Below are positions 41,016-54,097 of a DNA stretch of 64,000 nt, piece after piece; within the stretch, counting starts at the first letter, position 1; the number at the start of each line of letters is the position of its first letter. Both the position numbers and the translations under genes were made by a program. The notes below the pieces were generated by a model, which ran no database searches, was not told the DNA's origin, and was given only the letters and a program-made list of their open reading frames with translations. This DNA comes from Phoronis australis (taxonomy: Eukaryota; Animalia; Phoronida), in assembly GCA_002633005.1 (NCBI GenBank), contig NMRA01000209.1:486174-550173 (forward strand), written 5' to 3'.

Positions 41016-41096
41016 TTGTTTAATATTGGCTTAGGAAGAAGATTATTGGGTTAAAGTTTACAAACTGTAGATCGAAAAAGACGTTCAAGTACTTAA

Positions 41097-42438
41097 AGGC
41101 GAAGGCAACCTTTTTTCATGTTACTTTTAGCAAAAATAAGGTTTATTGATTATCCGAGACATATTTTTCACTTAATTACATCTTTTCGTAATTTGATTCA
41201 TTTCTCTTCCTCTACTCCTGAAGTGACGTTTTGGGAGGCAAGAGTTTCGAGCCAATTTCTTTTCATTATAATCTGACAGTGAGAGCAGTCGAGTCAGTCA
41301 TTGTTCTACCTCGGTTGTGATAACTTCGGTCATCGTTTGCTTTTGTTTACAAGTCAGTCAACATGCCACGCCCCCTGTTGCTGCGTGCCGGGATGTACTC
41401 ATTATCGTCTCACACGCGCTTTGGGTACCTTGCGTCGCTTTCCGAAGGTTGACACACTTCGCCGTAATTGGCTAGCTCGTCCATGTGAAGAACGCAGCGC
41501 TACCCGTCCACGCAACGTACAAAGCAATGGAGGGTTACCGAGTATGTGGCAAGCATTTTCTGTCGTCAGACTATGACAGATACATGTATGTACGCTGAAT
41601 TGATGAAGGTCCCTGCGAAACAACGCCTGAAGAAGGGTACCATACCGTCGCTGTTGATTCCCGGGAGTGCCCCGTCGCCAACCCCGAGAAGTGCGTTTTT
41701 GAAGCAAGAAGCCTCGCGAGCTGTGGCCACTATATACAGTGACTGGAGGCACTTCATCTACTGTTACCCGTGCCTCCAATCGTACCCGATTGCATGCAAT
41801 TCTGGGAAATAGCAGTGATTCGCCCTGTGCTGTTCTCGCTAACACAGAACCTGTAAGCAGCCCTGCAGCGATGTTGAGTTGTGGGAATGAATACAGGCCC
41901 AGTTCTAAACCCAGTGAAGAGGACAGTTCGTCATCCAATGAACAGATCGGTGAGCCTACATGTAAGTTTGATAAGTTGATTGTGGACTTGTATTGGAGCT
42001 ACTTAAAAGGTGCCAGGTGTGTGGCGCGGGTTTCACACGGCGGAATGTAAACAGTTTGGGTGCTCAGATCACCCTCCAGTGGGAGTGTGTCGCAGGACAC
42101 TCGGGCAAGTGGGACAGTTCTTCTTCTGTACGTGAGACGATAATGAGTACACCCCAATACGCGGCAACAGCATGTTGACTGACTCGCAAACGAAAGCAAA
42201 TGACGACCGAACTTATCACAACTGAGGAAGAACAATGACTGACTCGACTGCTCTCACAGTCAGACTCTATGAAATGAAATTAGCGCGAAATTCTTGCCTC
42301 CCAAAACGTCACTTCCGGAGTAGACGACGAGTAATTAAGTAAATTACGAAAAACAGTAGATAAGTGAAAAATATGTCTGGAATAATCAGCGAACCTTATT
42401 TTTGCTAAGAATTGCATGAAAAAAGGTTGCCTTTGCCT
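41097..42438 (+). mobile_element. Kolobok-like non-autonomous transposon with THAP pseudogene and ~315-bp inverted ends
   Basis: TTAA|AGGCGAAGGCAACC...GGTTGCCTTTGCCT|TTAG; THAP remnant CCVPGCTH...FPK...W...RVCGKHF...LKKGTIPSL from ATG 41363; zinc-ribbon-like RCQVC...WECVAGHSGKWDSS at 41993-42125. Confidence 0.85.
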
Positions 42439-42744
42439 TTAGATAAAAAAATTCATTCGTCATCAACTTGGAAAAATTCTCTTTGCAGTCCTATAATGTT
42501 TTTAGTTTCCAGTAGTATTGGGCACTGAATTATTGTTCTTCAAAACTGAATCGCTTGCTTGCATTTCTTGAGTATACTACACACGCAGCATGCACGCAAC
42601 CAGCCTAACATTTTTGAGGATGTGGACCTTTTACTAAAGAAAAGAAAAAACGGAATACGTTCAGGGCTATAAATTATGCACAGGAATCCCTGCCTTGTTA
42701 TTGGACTTTTGTGTCGTTCTTTTCGGACAGTATGTTTGTTTGAG

Positions 42745-43300
42745 GCGGACCTTTTTGCCCACTCTTCCAAATGGGGGCTCGTTCTAGCCCCCCAAGCCCA
42801 CCCCCCCTCCCCTCCTTGGTGCGCGCATGCACGGAACACGTAATAACTGGCACACAAACGTTAAAAATAAGGTGTAACCATGCAGTAGGCCCGCGTAGAA
42901 TACCAGTTACCCACGGGAGCTCCATTTGAACTCAAGACGTTGTGTGTACATTTTGGGACACACTCTGTATCATTTCCCCCAGCAGCCAGAAACTGGACTA
43001 CGGGCTGTGTTTTATCTAGGGATTCTGAAACGGCCACAAGGGCACTCATACCAGTTTCCTCGGGACCTCATCTGGCCATAATAAAATGAAGTTTTCCCGA
43101 AACTGGATCATAAAACAAACCTTGACCTTCGACCCAGATCAGAGGAATAGGTGCTAATACAGAGCCCATCTATAGTTACATGTACTTCAGGCAGCTTCCA
43201 GCTACTCGTCAATGCGCTGGCCCTAGACCCATTCTTACTCTCCGTGAAACTTTGTTGGTTCACGTTTACTCAAATCCTGATGGCTGCATCCCCGGTATTA
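42745..43300. repeat. ~555-bp block duplicated at 43951-44077 plus 46787-47204 (second copy split by P element)
   Basis: Colinear from GCGGACCTTTTTG to CCCGGTATTACC. Confidence 0.95.
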
Positions 43301-43744
43301 CCAATGCGATTCCATGGCTTGCGCACAAAAACAGAGGGCCACTCATTTTTATTCTTTGATGATAGAGATACAGTACGCAAAATTTGTCTTTCTTTTAAGT
43401 CAATATTTATTTATATTAATAATTTGTGAATGTTGTTATGAATTGTTTACCTAGAAATGTTCTTTTTAAATCTAAGTATTGGCTTGTAATCATAACTCGC
43501 CAAGTCTTGGATTTTCCGTTCTCACGCTATATTTTTCTTGTTATTAAACCATTTCGTACGTTAACTAGTCTCACGTTGGTTACACTATGCCTGGCCGCTT
43601 TTTTCAAAGAGTCCAAGAAATAAAACTCAAAGCACTTGATGCCAGATTAGTAAATTTGTAGGAAACAGTTGGCTTTAGGTGGCAGACATTCTGTGGAGAG
43701 AGTGTTGAGTTCTTAGCTTTGGCAGACTTTGTTATGAGACGTAC

Positions 43745-43886
43745 CTGTTCTCCCGCAAAGAGATCGCACTTTGTTGGAAACAAATCTCTTCGCTCTCTTC
43801 AAGAACGGTACAGTCGTTCTTGATCCCGCCTCATCGACATCCCCATTGACGTCCCGGACCCTCTGGCGACAAGGAAAGCAGGGCAT
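43745..43886 (-). CDS. Duplicate of first coding exon MPCFPC...GRT
   Basis: Intact ATG, reading frame and CAG|GTACGT donor; 6 substitutions relative to 32423-32564. Confidence 0.6.
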
Positions 43887-44077
43887 CTTTTGAAGTAGCG
43901 TAATAGTGACGTCATGCAATTAGATGACGAAACCAATTTTGGCCTTATAGGCGGACCTTTTTGTCCACTATTCCAAATGGGAGGCTCGTTCTAGCCCCCC
44001 AATCCTCCCCCCCTTTGGTGCGCGCATGCACGGAACAAGTAATAACTGGCACACCCACGTTAAAAATAAAGTGTAAC

Positions 44078-46786
44078 CAAGGAGTGTAGTAGTATAGGAG
44101 AGTTCACTTGTGGGTTCGCTGTTACCGCTACTACTAGCGCCGCCAAGTGGTGAACAAGCTACGGTCAACCAGGAAGCGCCAAAACAATGGGGGACGGACG
44201 CATTTTGCAGTGCGATAAATTGCATGAATTGATCCACGAAAACCCCACACGTGTCATTTTGTAGGTTTCCTAAGGATCCAGAAAGGTAAGGATTATCTGT
44301 TATTCAATAATATGATACATTGTCTTTCATTTTGTGTGTTCTGTTCACGGTTGTTAGACAAGTCGATCGCAGTCCCGGTGCCCGGCACTGTCTGTTGTCT
44401 GCAGTGTAGGCTAGACCTACTGGGCAGCCGGCGGAAGAGGACTATGATTAACGTACGATGTGATCGTCAGCTTTTTGGATACTTGCAGTCCATGTATTCC
44501 AAATCAAAATGTCACTCTAACGATCGCAGGGATAATTTTAGGAAAACATTCCCATGGCCATGGGTGAATATGAATCGTGGTGACACGGCCATGGCACAAT
44601 CACAGCCACAGGCCACAGGGCCTTTTAAGTCTTTCATTAGTCAAGTCAGAGAATCTGTGGGTCTCGGTGAAAAGTTGTGCAGCCCTTAAAATATCCGTGG
44701 ATCGACATTTGAGTCCTAGTTTTTTTTAGTTGACACCAAGACGCTTTTGTCTCTATCACAATCACAGTACGACAGGACTTCTGTAGTGTAGTTTAGTGTA
44801 GGCTACCAGTCTCTGTGAACCTGGTGAGTATGAGGTTTGTTCCTGAGTCTCTCATTGATTTCTGTTCAGGTGCAAGCACTGGGAGCCGACCTTATGAATA
44901 GAGTGCATCCTACTTGTCCAAGAACTGCAACTTATGCTCTCATCACTTCGAGGAGTCCATGTTGATGAATGAAGAACAAGCTGGTATTGAATGCAGTGCC
45001 CGAGCAGTATTTGATGTCCCCAGTCCACCAAAAATGAAGACGTCAAAAAGTTCTACGGAAATTATGTTACAGCTGTGGAATAGGCTTTTTGCATTTCTGA
45101 TTATCGTCTCACAAAGCAAGTACTGGAACATCACGTGTAGAAAGGACAATTAGTCAAAATCTGGTTTTCGTATTTTACTAAGGTTGATCAGATTGAAACA
45201 TTTTATGAATGGTTAGCCTGTGATTTGAAGAGAGCCAAAGTGAAACTGATGGGTCTTTTAGAGTCTGAATGGTGGGCTGACATTTTGTTAAACCCAAGCT
45301 ATCCATATCATTTTGCTTCTCAATGACACTGAAACACCTCTGTGAGTAAATTAGTTATCAGCTTCAATGCATTTCGTTGGCAAAAAGAGCTGTTGTTTAC
45401 TAGTGAATAGAGAGTGAGAAGGTTGGTTAGATTTTCTTGTTGTATTGGTGTATGTGTTGCCTATTTTGTACGTTTTTGGAGATTGTGATTAATTTAAGCT
45501 CCAGTTGTGGCTAAGTAACAAATATGATCTTGTGGTCTAGCTTTAGCTTACCTGAAATATTTACTGTTATTGATAATATGAACAGTGGGTATAGAAAATA
45601 AAAATTTTAGTTTTATCATCCATTAAAAGTCTTTTTAATTCAGTTTTGTATGAAGTTGTGTGGCTAGTGAATATTTTGATTGCTGTTTAGCACCTCTTAA
45701 CTTTTTTGTCATGACATTTTGAGCTTGGACTGGTTATGGTGGGGATATACTCAATGTGGGGGGGGCTCGAATTCCCGACGATGTAGACCTTTTGCTAACA
45801 AGTGAGTGGGCGGACTAAAAAAAAAAAACGGGGACCACCACTGTGAATTGCGCGTTTCCGTTTCTTTAGTGGACTTTTGTCCCATTTTCTCGGACTTTTT
45901 GTCTCGTTCAAGCCCCCCGAGCCCCCTGGGTGCGCGCGTGGGAGAGTGCAATCGAGTTTACCCTATGCTGGAATGTCTAAGAAATAATGGGATGTTCTAA
46001 AATTATATTACGATTTTGTGGTAGTGATGAATTGCTTTCTTCTTCTTACATGTGTAACACCCACTACACCAAACAATTATTCACATTGTTAGTATCCTGG
46101 TGCATTGAATAAGGAACACATGCGAAATTGGGTGGAGGTGAAACCAGCAGTGAGCTGGGAGCAACATGTTTGTCAATGGTCAGGGGAGCAACCAAAATTT
46201 ATGACAATGGGAATGGCTCAACACCCATGTGGCATACCCCATTGGTTTTTACCTGTTTAGCACTCCTCCCATGTAACCCCCCTGGGAGATGGTCAACACC
46301 CATTTGGCGCCCACATGGTTTTTGCCTTGTACCCCCTTAGCTGTCACCTGTGGGAAATTACCCTCTGAACCCCCAGGAGCAATCATTCAAATTTTATTGT
46401 CCATGGAGGTATGAACTGTTATAAGGAAAGATAATTTGCCTTGTTAAGAACTCAAACATGAAACAAAACCGTGATAGATTTTGAAGGGAGCTTCAAAAGA
46501 ATAAAAACAAATACACTTTAATATTGATTAAAATACACATTTTCATTCTCATTCGATTATAAGTGGATGTTAGTTTACGTATTCTAACCATTTTCACTCA
46601 CACAGTAATTTTATTGCACGTTGAACGTCATTAAAGTATGAATTCATCAGTGTTTACATTGTTCGGACTGCGCTCCTAAGTAAGTATTGATTATTCACCG
46701 CTTGGAGCGCTAGTGTTTCGACCGGTAACCATTGCGGCGAATGGTAAAATGGCGGAGTGAACTCTCCTATACTCGTACACTCCTTG
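44078..46786 (+). mobile_element. P-superfamily DNA transposon, internally deleted, with THAP pseudogene
   Basis: 31-bp TIRs CAAGGAGTGTA(GT/CG)AGTATAGGAGAGTTCACT; 7-bp TSD GTGTAAC; subterminal inverted motif; spliced THAP remnant FCSAINCMN*...FCRFPKDPER|CKHW...LCSHHFEESM (44187-44285, 44870-~45050). Confidence 0.9.
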
Positions 46787-47845
46787 GTGTAACCATGCGG
46801 TAGGCCTGCGTAGAATATCAGTTACCCACGGGAGCTCCATCAGACGTTGAACTGTGTACATTTTAGGACACACTCTGTATCATTTCCCCCAGCAACCAGA
46901 AACTGGACTACGGGCTGTGTTTTATCTAGGGATTTTGAAATGGCCACAAAGGCACTCATACCAGTCTCCTCGAGACCTCATCTGGCCATAATAAAATGAA
47001 GTTTTCCCGAAACTGGATCATAAAACAAACCTTGACCTTCGACCCAGAGCAGAGGAATAGGTGCTAATACAGAGCCCATCTATAGTTACTTCAGGCAGCT
47101 TCCAGCTACCTGTCAGTACTCTGGCACTAGACCCATTCTTACTCTCCGTGAAACTTTGTTGGTTCCCGGTTACTCAAATCCTGATGGCTGCATCCCCGGT
47201 ATTACCCCCGACCTATTGCGGATGTGAGGAGGGGGCTCGGTACAAATACATGTATAGTGACATCCAGAGAACGGGTGGGGGGTGACGATAGCAAGAGGGT
47301 AGGTTGGCGAAGTCAAATTGGTTTGTGCCCCCCCCCCCTACCAATTATTTTTTTCCTTCCTGTATCTACACATAACGTGATGAGAGTGGCGTAGGCCTAC
47401 ATGCAGTAGGCTAATATCACACGAGACATTATTCCGTAGGCATGTTTACGCTTCTTGCGGTAATAGCCAATTGGATTCACCAGCTGTGGAGATGGGTGCA
47501 TTTAATGCTTTTACATAAAAGAAAGATCAAAATTTCACTTTCTGGACGAAGAATTTTTGATTTCGTCCTTAAACATCAAATTTTGACAATTTTCAACTTT
47601 AGAGCAAATAAATATAAGTTAATTTTATTTTTAAATTTCTCGTCAGGTTTTTTATAGCCCAAACCCCCCTTAAAATATTGGACTGTACTACAGTTAAATG
47701 TCACGTTATGTGATTTTACCTAAAACCGCTTTTCAAATCTTCACTTGTCGCTTACGCGTGTAGATGATTTTGCCGTGCTGAAATAATTTAAAATTTTTTA
47801 ATGTGAGTGAACATTTCATCTATCAAACAAAACTCACCACTCACC

Positions 47846-48022
47846 TTAAAAGATCCAGGAACCCTCAGTAAGCTAATTCCAAAACTTTGCACGACTTCAA
47901 CTGCATTTTTATACTCCACAGGATGTTTGCTTTCGTCCTTGAGTTCGAAATTCACACCACGCAAAATGGACGGCACACCGGCAAGTGACCGATTTGCTGT
48001 CGTTGCCCACATAGGATAGTCC
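47846..48022 (-). other. Candidate orphan exon DYPMWATTANRSLAGVPSILRGVNFELKDESKHPVEYKNAVEVVQSFGISLLRVPGSFK
   Basis: Strong AAG|GTGAGT donor, open frame, protein-like composition; weak GAG acceptor; no product recognised. Confidence 0.35.
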
Positions 48023-51000
48023 TCACAAAGGGGTGTGAAGGTCATTTATTTTATAATATGAAAATAAGGTCAAATGTTTGGAGTCCGGACGAAGAATTTT
48101 TTGGTTGGAAGTCCTATTTTTGGTTAAACTTGAAATTAAATTGGAAATTTCTACATCAAGAAAAAACCAAATAATAATTCTCCGTCGTGTTTTATGAGTA
48201 ACCCACACCCTCTAAATAATGCACCGATCGTTATACAAATGTAACCAGAGTCTAGTGCGTAAAAGATACAAAGTTTGATGAAATGTGAATTTTTCTATTT
48301 CCGTGTGGTTTGTCATGGCAGCCAAGTAAACAAATAATGCGAGTGTCTGTATCACTGCATACATGTATCTATTTTTAGCGCAATTGTGCACAGCGAAGGC
48401 CAGTTTCGTTTCAAGCAGGGTAAAGAAAGGAATTTTCATGAATTTTAACAAGTTTGTATTAGTGTCTTCAACTGATTGATTTTCTATTTCAGTACAGATC
48501 ACCTGAAGAGAATGCCTTCTTCAGTGGAACATCTTCCACTGTACAGCCGAAGTGAAGTGGCATTGTAACGAATTGGGGTGCCAAGCTGAGGTTTAGACTA
48601 TTTCTGTTCAGTCATGAGCTACATGTAACTAAAAGATTTGAGAAATAAATGAAAAGCTTCGTCTGTACTGATGAGAAAAAAGTTTCCTTGGTGATAGTGC
48701 ATCTCATGTAAAACAGGTCTTCACCTCTGTCTCAATCAACGTCTATTTACATGCAATTTTGTTGTGGCTAACTACTTTTTTATGTTCCGCCTAGTGGCAA
48801 CAATCTATAGCTTTTTGTTTGTACATGTTCGCCACTGATATTATCAGTTATACATGTACATATGCAATGTCTCAAACTTCCCAAATAAGACACAAATTTA
48901 TTTTCATTTTCGAGCAGATTACCCAAGGCACTTGCAAGAAAAGAAACTTCTCGAAAAACCTTCAGTTTTAACGAGATTGGTCAACTATCCAAAACTTTGG
49001 TACTTTTATATGATAATCCCTGGCGTTCTTTAAATTCCATTTCTTGACATAGCTCAATTATTGCTTTTTGCCAATTACAATGTATCAAACATGATCGGTC
49101 CAACAAAATGTTAACATTTTTTATTTAAGCAGTCAGTGTAAAGGAAGTGACCTTTCAATTAAAACAAATCTATAATTGCAAATTTGAATGGAGGTGGCAA
49201 TCTCGATGATAGCATTGCAAAAACCCATGAAATGAAAGACGTTTGAACTTGGGTTTTCAACTGTACAATGTTTTTAAATTCATGTTTTAACATATTGAAA
49301 TAATGGTAAACCAAAGGCATCAAGGAATGTAACCTGTAGATGCTAGTGAACATGGCAAGCTAATTATTTCTTGCTTTCGTCACTCAATCATTGAAAGGAA
49401 AGAGAAAATCAGAGGAAGATTATATAACCTAATCATTTAGGTATTACACACTTCAAATGAAAATCAAGTGCTTTCAGTCGGAACTGCATATTTGGTTTCT
49501 AGAGTGAAAAACTTTCAATTTGGTTGAGGGTTATATTTACTGTACATCAGTCAAAACTGAATATAGCTCAGTACAGTAACGATACTACTAATGTGTGACC
49601 CAAACTGGCCCAACCTATTACCATAATAACTAACCTAAAATGCACAATACTTCAAAACATTTAAGCATTACAAACGTTATTCAACGGCACAAATTCTCAT
49701 GATATGAAAGTGCATACATACATGTATAACTATTACAATAGCAACCGATTAGTGTTTCCTTAAACCAGATTTCGACAAGCATGGTTTAGAAATATGAAGT
49801 TGCAACAAAGATACTATATCCCAAGATGGCTGAGCCGGTGTAATTTGCCTAGACACACATTTGGAACAGCGTCACCTATAGGCGGGAGACCAAGTTGTAT
49901 TCAGAGACCCTCAAGCCAGGCACGAGCCTGTGGCGAAGATTGTAATTACCTTGGATAAAAACAAGATTTTTAGACATAAAACCAATTTTGAGGAATTATC
50001 ATTTATAAGTTACTTGAGGAAAACATAATTTTGGTGATGTTTTGTAAATAGGACAATTATTGTGATGCAATAAAACTAGAATGAAAGCAAACACCATTCG
50101 ACTAAATAACCAAATTACTTACATCCCTTTGAAAGCATAGAAATACAATACAATATCAATCTTGAGAAACCATCATTTGTATTCACGTGGAGGTTTATGC
50201 AATTACAATCGTGTTTAATCATGATAATATTTAACTGTAATTAACTAAGACTTTGCCAGGGCTAAGACTGGTATGAAAGCAACCGCGTGAATTCAATAGA
50301 ATGACATTTTCCACATGGTTTTGTAAATATAGCTACAGTATCAAATAAACAACAGTAATTTATACAACATTTTAGCATAATTTTTTATCATACATTACGT
50401 GATATCATCTTTTCCTGGTAATATTTATATCATTGTTCTTGTTGCTGCAAGACAGGAATAAAATAAGTATGAATAATAAATAATGCTCACTACATAAACA
50501 AACGTAGAGTAATAATAAAGAAGAGCATGTGGATCGATGTCATTTTTATTCTAACTTTGTAACACATCAGTTCAAAGACATTACAAGCTTTGTAATTTTT
50601 ACACGTAATTGATAAATTACTGAAAACAACATTCCATGTTTAGAATACATTATACAATACATGTCAATGCATAAAATAATACAGATATCTAGGCCATGAG
50701 ATCTAGCACTTCTTCAGCACTAATGTTCTGTAATAACTGCAATATTAATAACAATAAATTTGATTTTGCCAACATACCAATAACTGTCAGGGGTAATGTA
50801 TGTGCTTCGAGGGAACATTCACTACCATCCGGTACAATGAAAATGTTAGCAAGAAAAGTTTACCCACTTATACTGCATATAATTAGTCTACTTCAGACAA
50901 ATCCATCAATGTTACATGACTATTCCATATAAAGACAATGGTATCAATACAACTCCTTGGGCACTTGTGCATTAGCCTCCAACTGTGTCTCAGGGTAAAT

Positions 51001-54000
51001 ACTAATCCCCAAAGTTTTCAGAAAAATTATCGTTTAACAGGTTCACAGTAGCCCTTAATTTTAAGTTTTGCAATTTAAACACGCCCTGCTTGGGTCTTCA
51101 TCGGAACTAATACAATAGTGCAGCAACCCTGGTGTCACATAGACATGACCCAAAGAAGCTATATTTCAAAAAGAGTTCTGTCAGACAAAAAATGAGACCA
51201 ATTTCCAGAAATACTTAATGCGAAAAAACACACATTGTGATAGGTTGTGGAGTATAGCAAGTACATGCACGCGTAACCAACATAAAAAGGTGGCCTCGAA
51301 TTTTTGAGAATGTGTGTCACTACGAAAAGATTGGTAGAAGTGAACTTTTGTCTCATTTTTTACTTTTTTCGGAGTTTTTGTTTCTCTGGGACAAAGCTTT
51401 TTGTCCACTACGCCAAATAGGGGGGATCACTCGAGCCCCAGAGACCCCTGGGTGCGGGCATGGGAAACAAGCTGTGTGAGTAGAGCAGTATGTGTCAGAG
51501 AATAAAGTTTGTTTACTGTTCGTAGGCTGTCCAAACTCGATTCGCCCGTGGTACGGAAAATTACCGTAGCCCAGATGCAAGACTTCTTACATGAGGATGA
51601 CAACGACATGCTTGAGGGACTGAACAGCTACATGTATCTGTACGGCCAAACTATCAGCAATCAACCTATTGAATTGTGTGGGGGATCCTCAGAAACATTG
51701 GGTTTTGGATTTCACTTTTCCACGAATCCCAAGCTCTTGGTATCTGAGTCACTAAATCCTTACATCTTAAGAGTTATCTTTGATTGGCTTCGAATTACTA
51801 AACAAAACCCGTAGGACTACATACGATTGGTGTCATTTTTAAACCTGTAATTCTGTGAACCTCGCATTCGTTTGCAAAATATATTTATTTTTAACTTTTT
51901 TTCGAGAAGAGTAATAATGGCTGTCATACAGTTTCCATTGAACTCTCATACTTAATCTACTTTGTATCTTATGGGCAGAGCAACCAATGATTCCCTGTAA
52001 AAGACACCAAGTATTGCAGGCAAAACTTTATATTAGGGACGTGACTAGAGTGCTGTGCAGTGACAAAACTACATGTATGTTAGTGTTGTTAATTTCCAGA
52101 AGGAAATTGTTGAATTCTGTCATCGTTGGAATACACTCAGGAACTCGCGAGACAGGAATATGTACTTGAATCATGGGAGGCCACTTTCAATGTATTTTCT
52201 TCCTGAAACGTATGGGGTAAGAGATTGTAATAAACAAGTTGCTTGAAAGGAAATTTGACTGGAGTCAGTGCCAGAATCCTGATATCTATTTCTACAAATT
52301 CGCTTGATATTTTTGTTTAGTGTATGGCCAAAACCAAAGATTGTTGAAAGTTCCTTCAATGTTCTAAGACTTTCCATTTTCCGCTGTTAGATAAACAGGT
52401 TTGTTTTACCCAAAGTCGCTGAGGGAGTTTAAATTGCGAGAACAAAAGTTTGCGATGTGAAAAAAACTTTCAACTAAATGTTAATTATTTTTGCAGTTAA
52501 GTTGCACGTAAATACAGGGAACTGTGGACCAGTTGGCGTTGCTTAAGTGAGAGTTAAGTAAAACACATTTACGAGTGATTTGTTTAAGACGCTTTTTATT
52601 CCGGATAGTTAAAAATTTCACTTAATGCTGAGCAAATTTCGAAATTCCAACTGCTTGTATCCATCAATTAAAAACTGTCAACAATTCTTGAGCAGCATTG
52701 TCAAACGACCTTAAATAATTTACAGACACATCATAAACTATGCAACGCCTACCGAGAATAAATTAGAGAGACAACATTATAATAATTAGACTACTTAACC
52801 TACATGTAGGTAGCAATCAATTGAAACATTTTAAATCTGTAATCACCATTCGTACTTAGACTAACAAAACGTAGGTAAAAATAAATTAAAACATTTTAAG
52901 TTGATAAGTAGAATTCGTACATGGATTACAGTGTCAGAGATAATACTACTTTCACCCGCAACCAGGACACGACGCCACCCTGTTTTGGCCGACGTACAAA
53001 AACGTTCCTCTCTTTATAGAAAAATCAAAACCCTTGTGACTTTCATTTTTGATCAGACCCTAACACTAAGTTTGAGAAGTCAATGAAAAGTTCGTGAGAT
53101 ATGTGTACCTTCTTTGTAAATAGCACTTCTTTTTTCGTGCTTCAACGCGTGTAACTTCAAACGTCCATTGTTTAAACGCAAGTTCTCCAACACGGCTAAA
53201 TCTATCAGGCATTTTCTTGTTTTTGTATCACTGTAAAAGAAATAGTGAAACGTGGATGAAATGAAGTAAAAACCTGTTGAGGGATGGTTACTTTGATGGA
53301 GAGAGGGGCCATTTTTCAAAGAAGGGTGCAATTAATCAAAGGTTATTTCACATAAACTATACTGTCGGTAGTTGTTGGCAAACAATCTATCCATCCTTTC
53401 TAAGATCCATTAATTCAATAAACCTGCGTTTTTAAATAATAAAATGTGTCTATTCAGTGCACTATCTGATTTTTTATGAAACAATACCCATTGATGAGAA
53501 GTGTATTTTGCCGTTATTAGACCAGCGAACAGTGGCAAATGAAACACAAAGAAACAAGATACAACATCAAAGCATCGTAGTTGTGGGTAGTTTCTCAAAC
53601 TTCGCTTCATGCATGCCTGGATGAAAGAATAATTGATCCTTTCATAAATGGAAACCAAAGGCGGTTTTAAGGGGGGCAAGGGCCGCAGTGCCACTAAAAT
53701 TGACAGGGCGATTTATAAAATTGGCATGGCCACTCATAAATTAGGCAGCAAGGCCCCCTATAAAATTATCCCAAAACGCTGACAAGCACATTTAGTGGCC
53801 AGTTTGAGAACGGGAGCTTAATTTAGAGCCAGATTCCCTCATGTTATCTTGTGGCTTCTAATGACTTGCACTGTGGCCGTGTTAGTGACCCTCCCCCCGC
53901 GTGCCCGCGCAACTGGTGGTAAAATTGTGAAGCGAAGGGCACAAGCGAAAATTTAAATTTGCGAACTGAGTACGACCTTGCTTGCTCCAATTTTTCAGGT

Positions 54001-54097
54001 TCAAGTAGACCTCACATTTCGACTTAGGCGTGCACCCGAGAGTGAGTGACAGTCGATCCTGAGCCTTTCTTATTACGGATACTTCACTAATGCTACG

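Noticed and set aside
41402-41938. 178-aa minus-strand ORF
   Set aside because: Antisense to the THAP transposase remnant; no independent support
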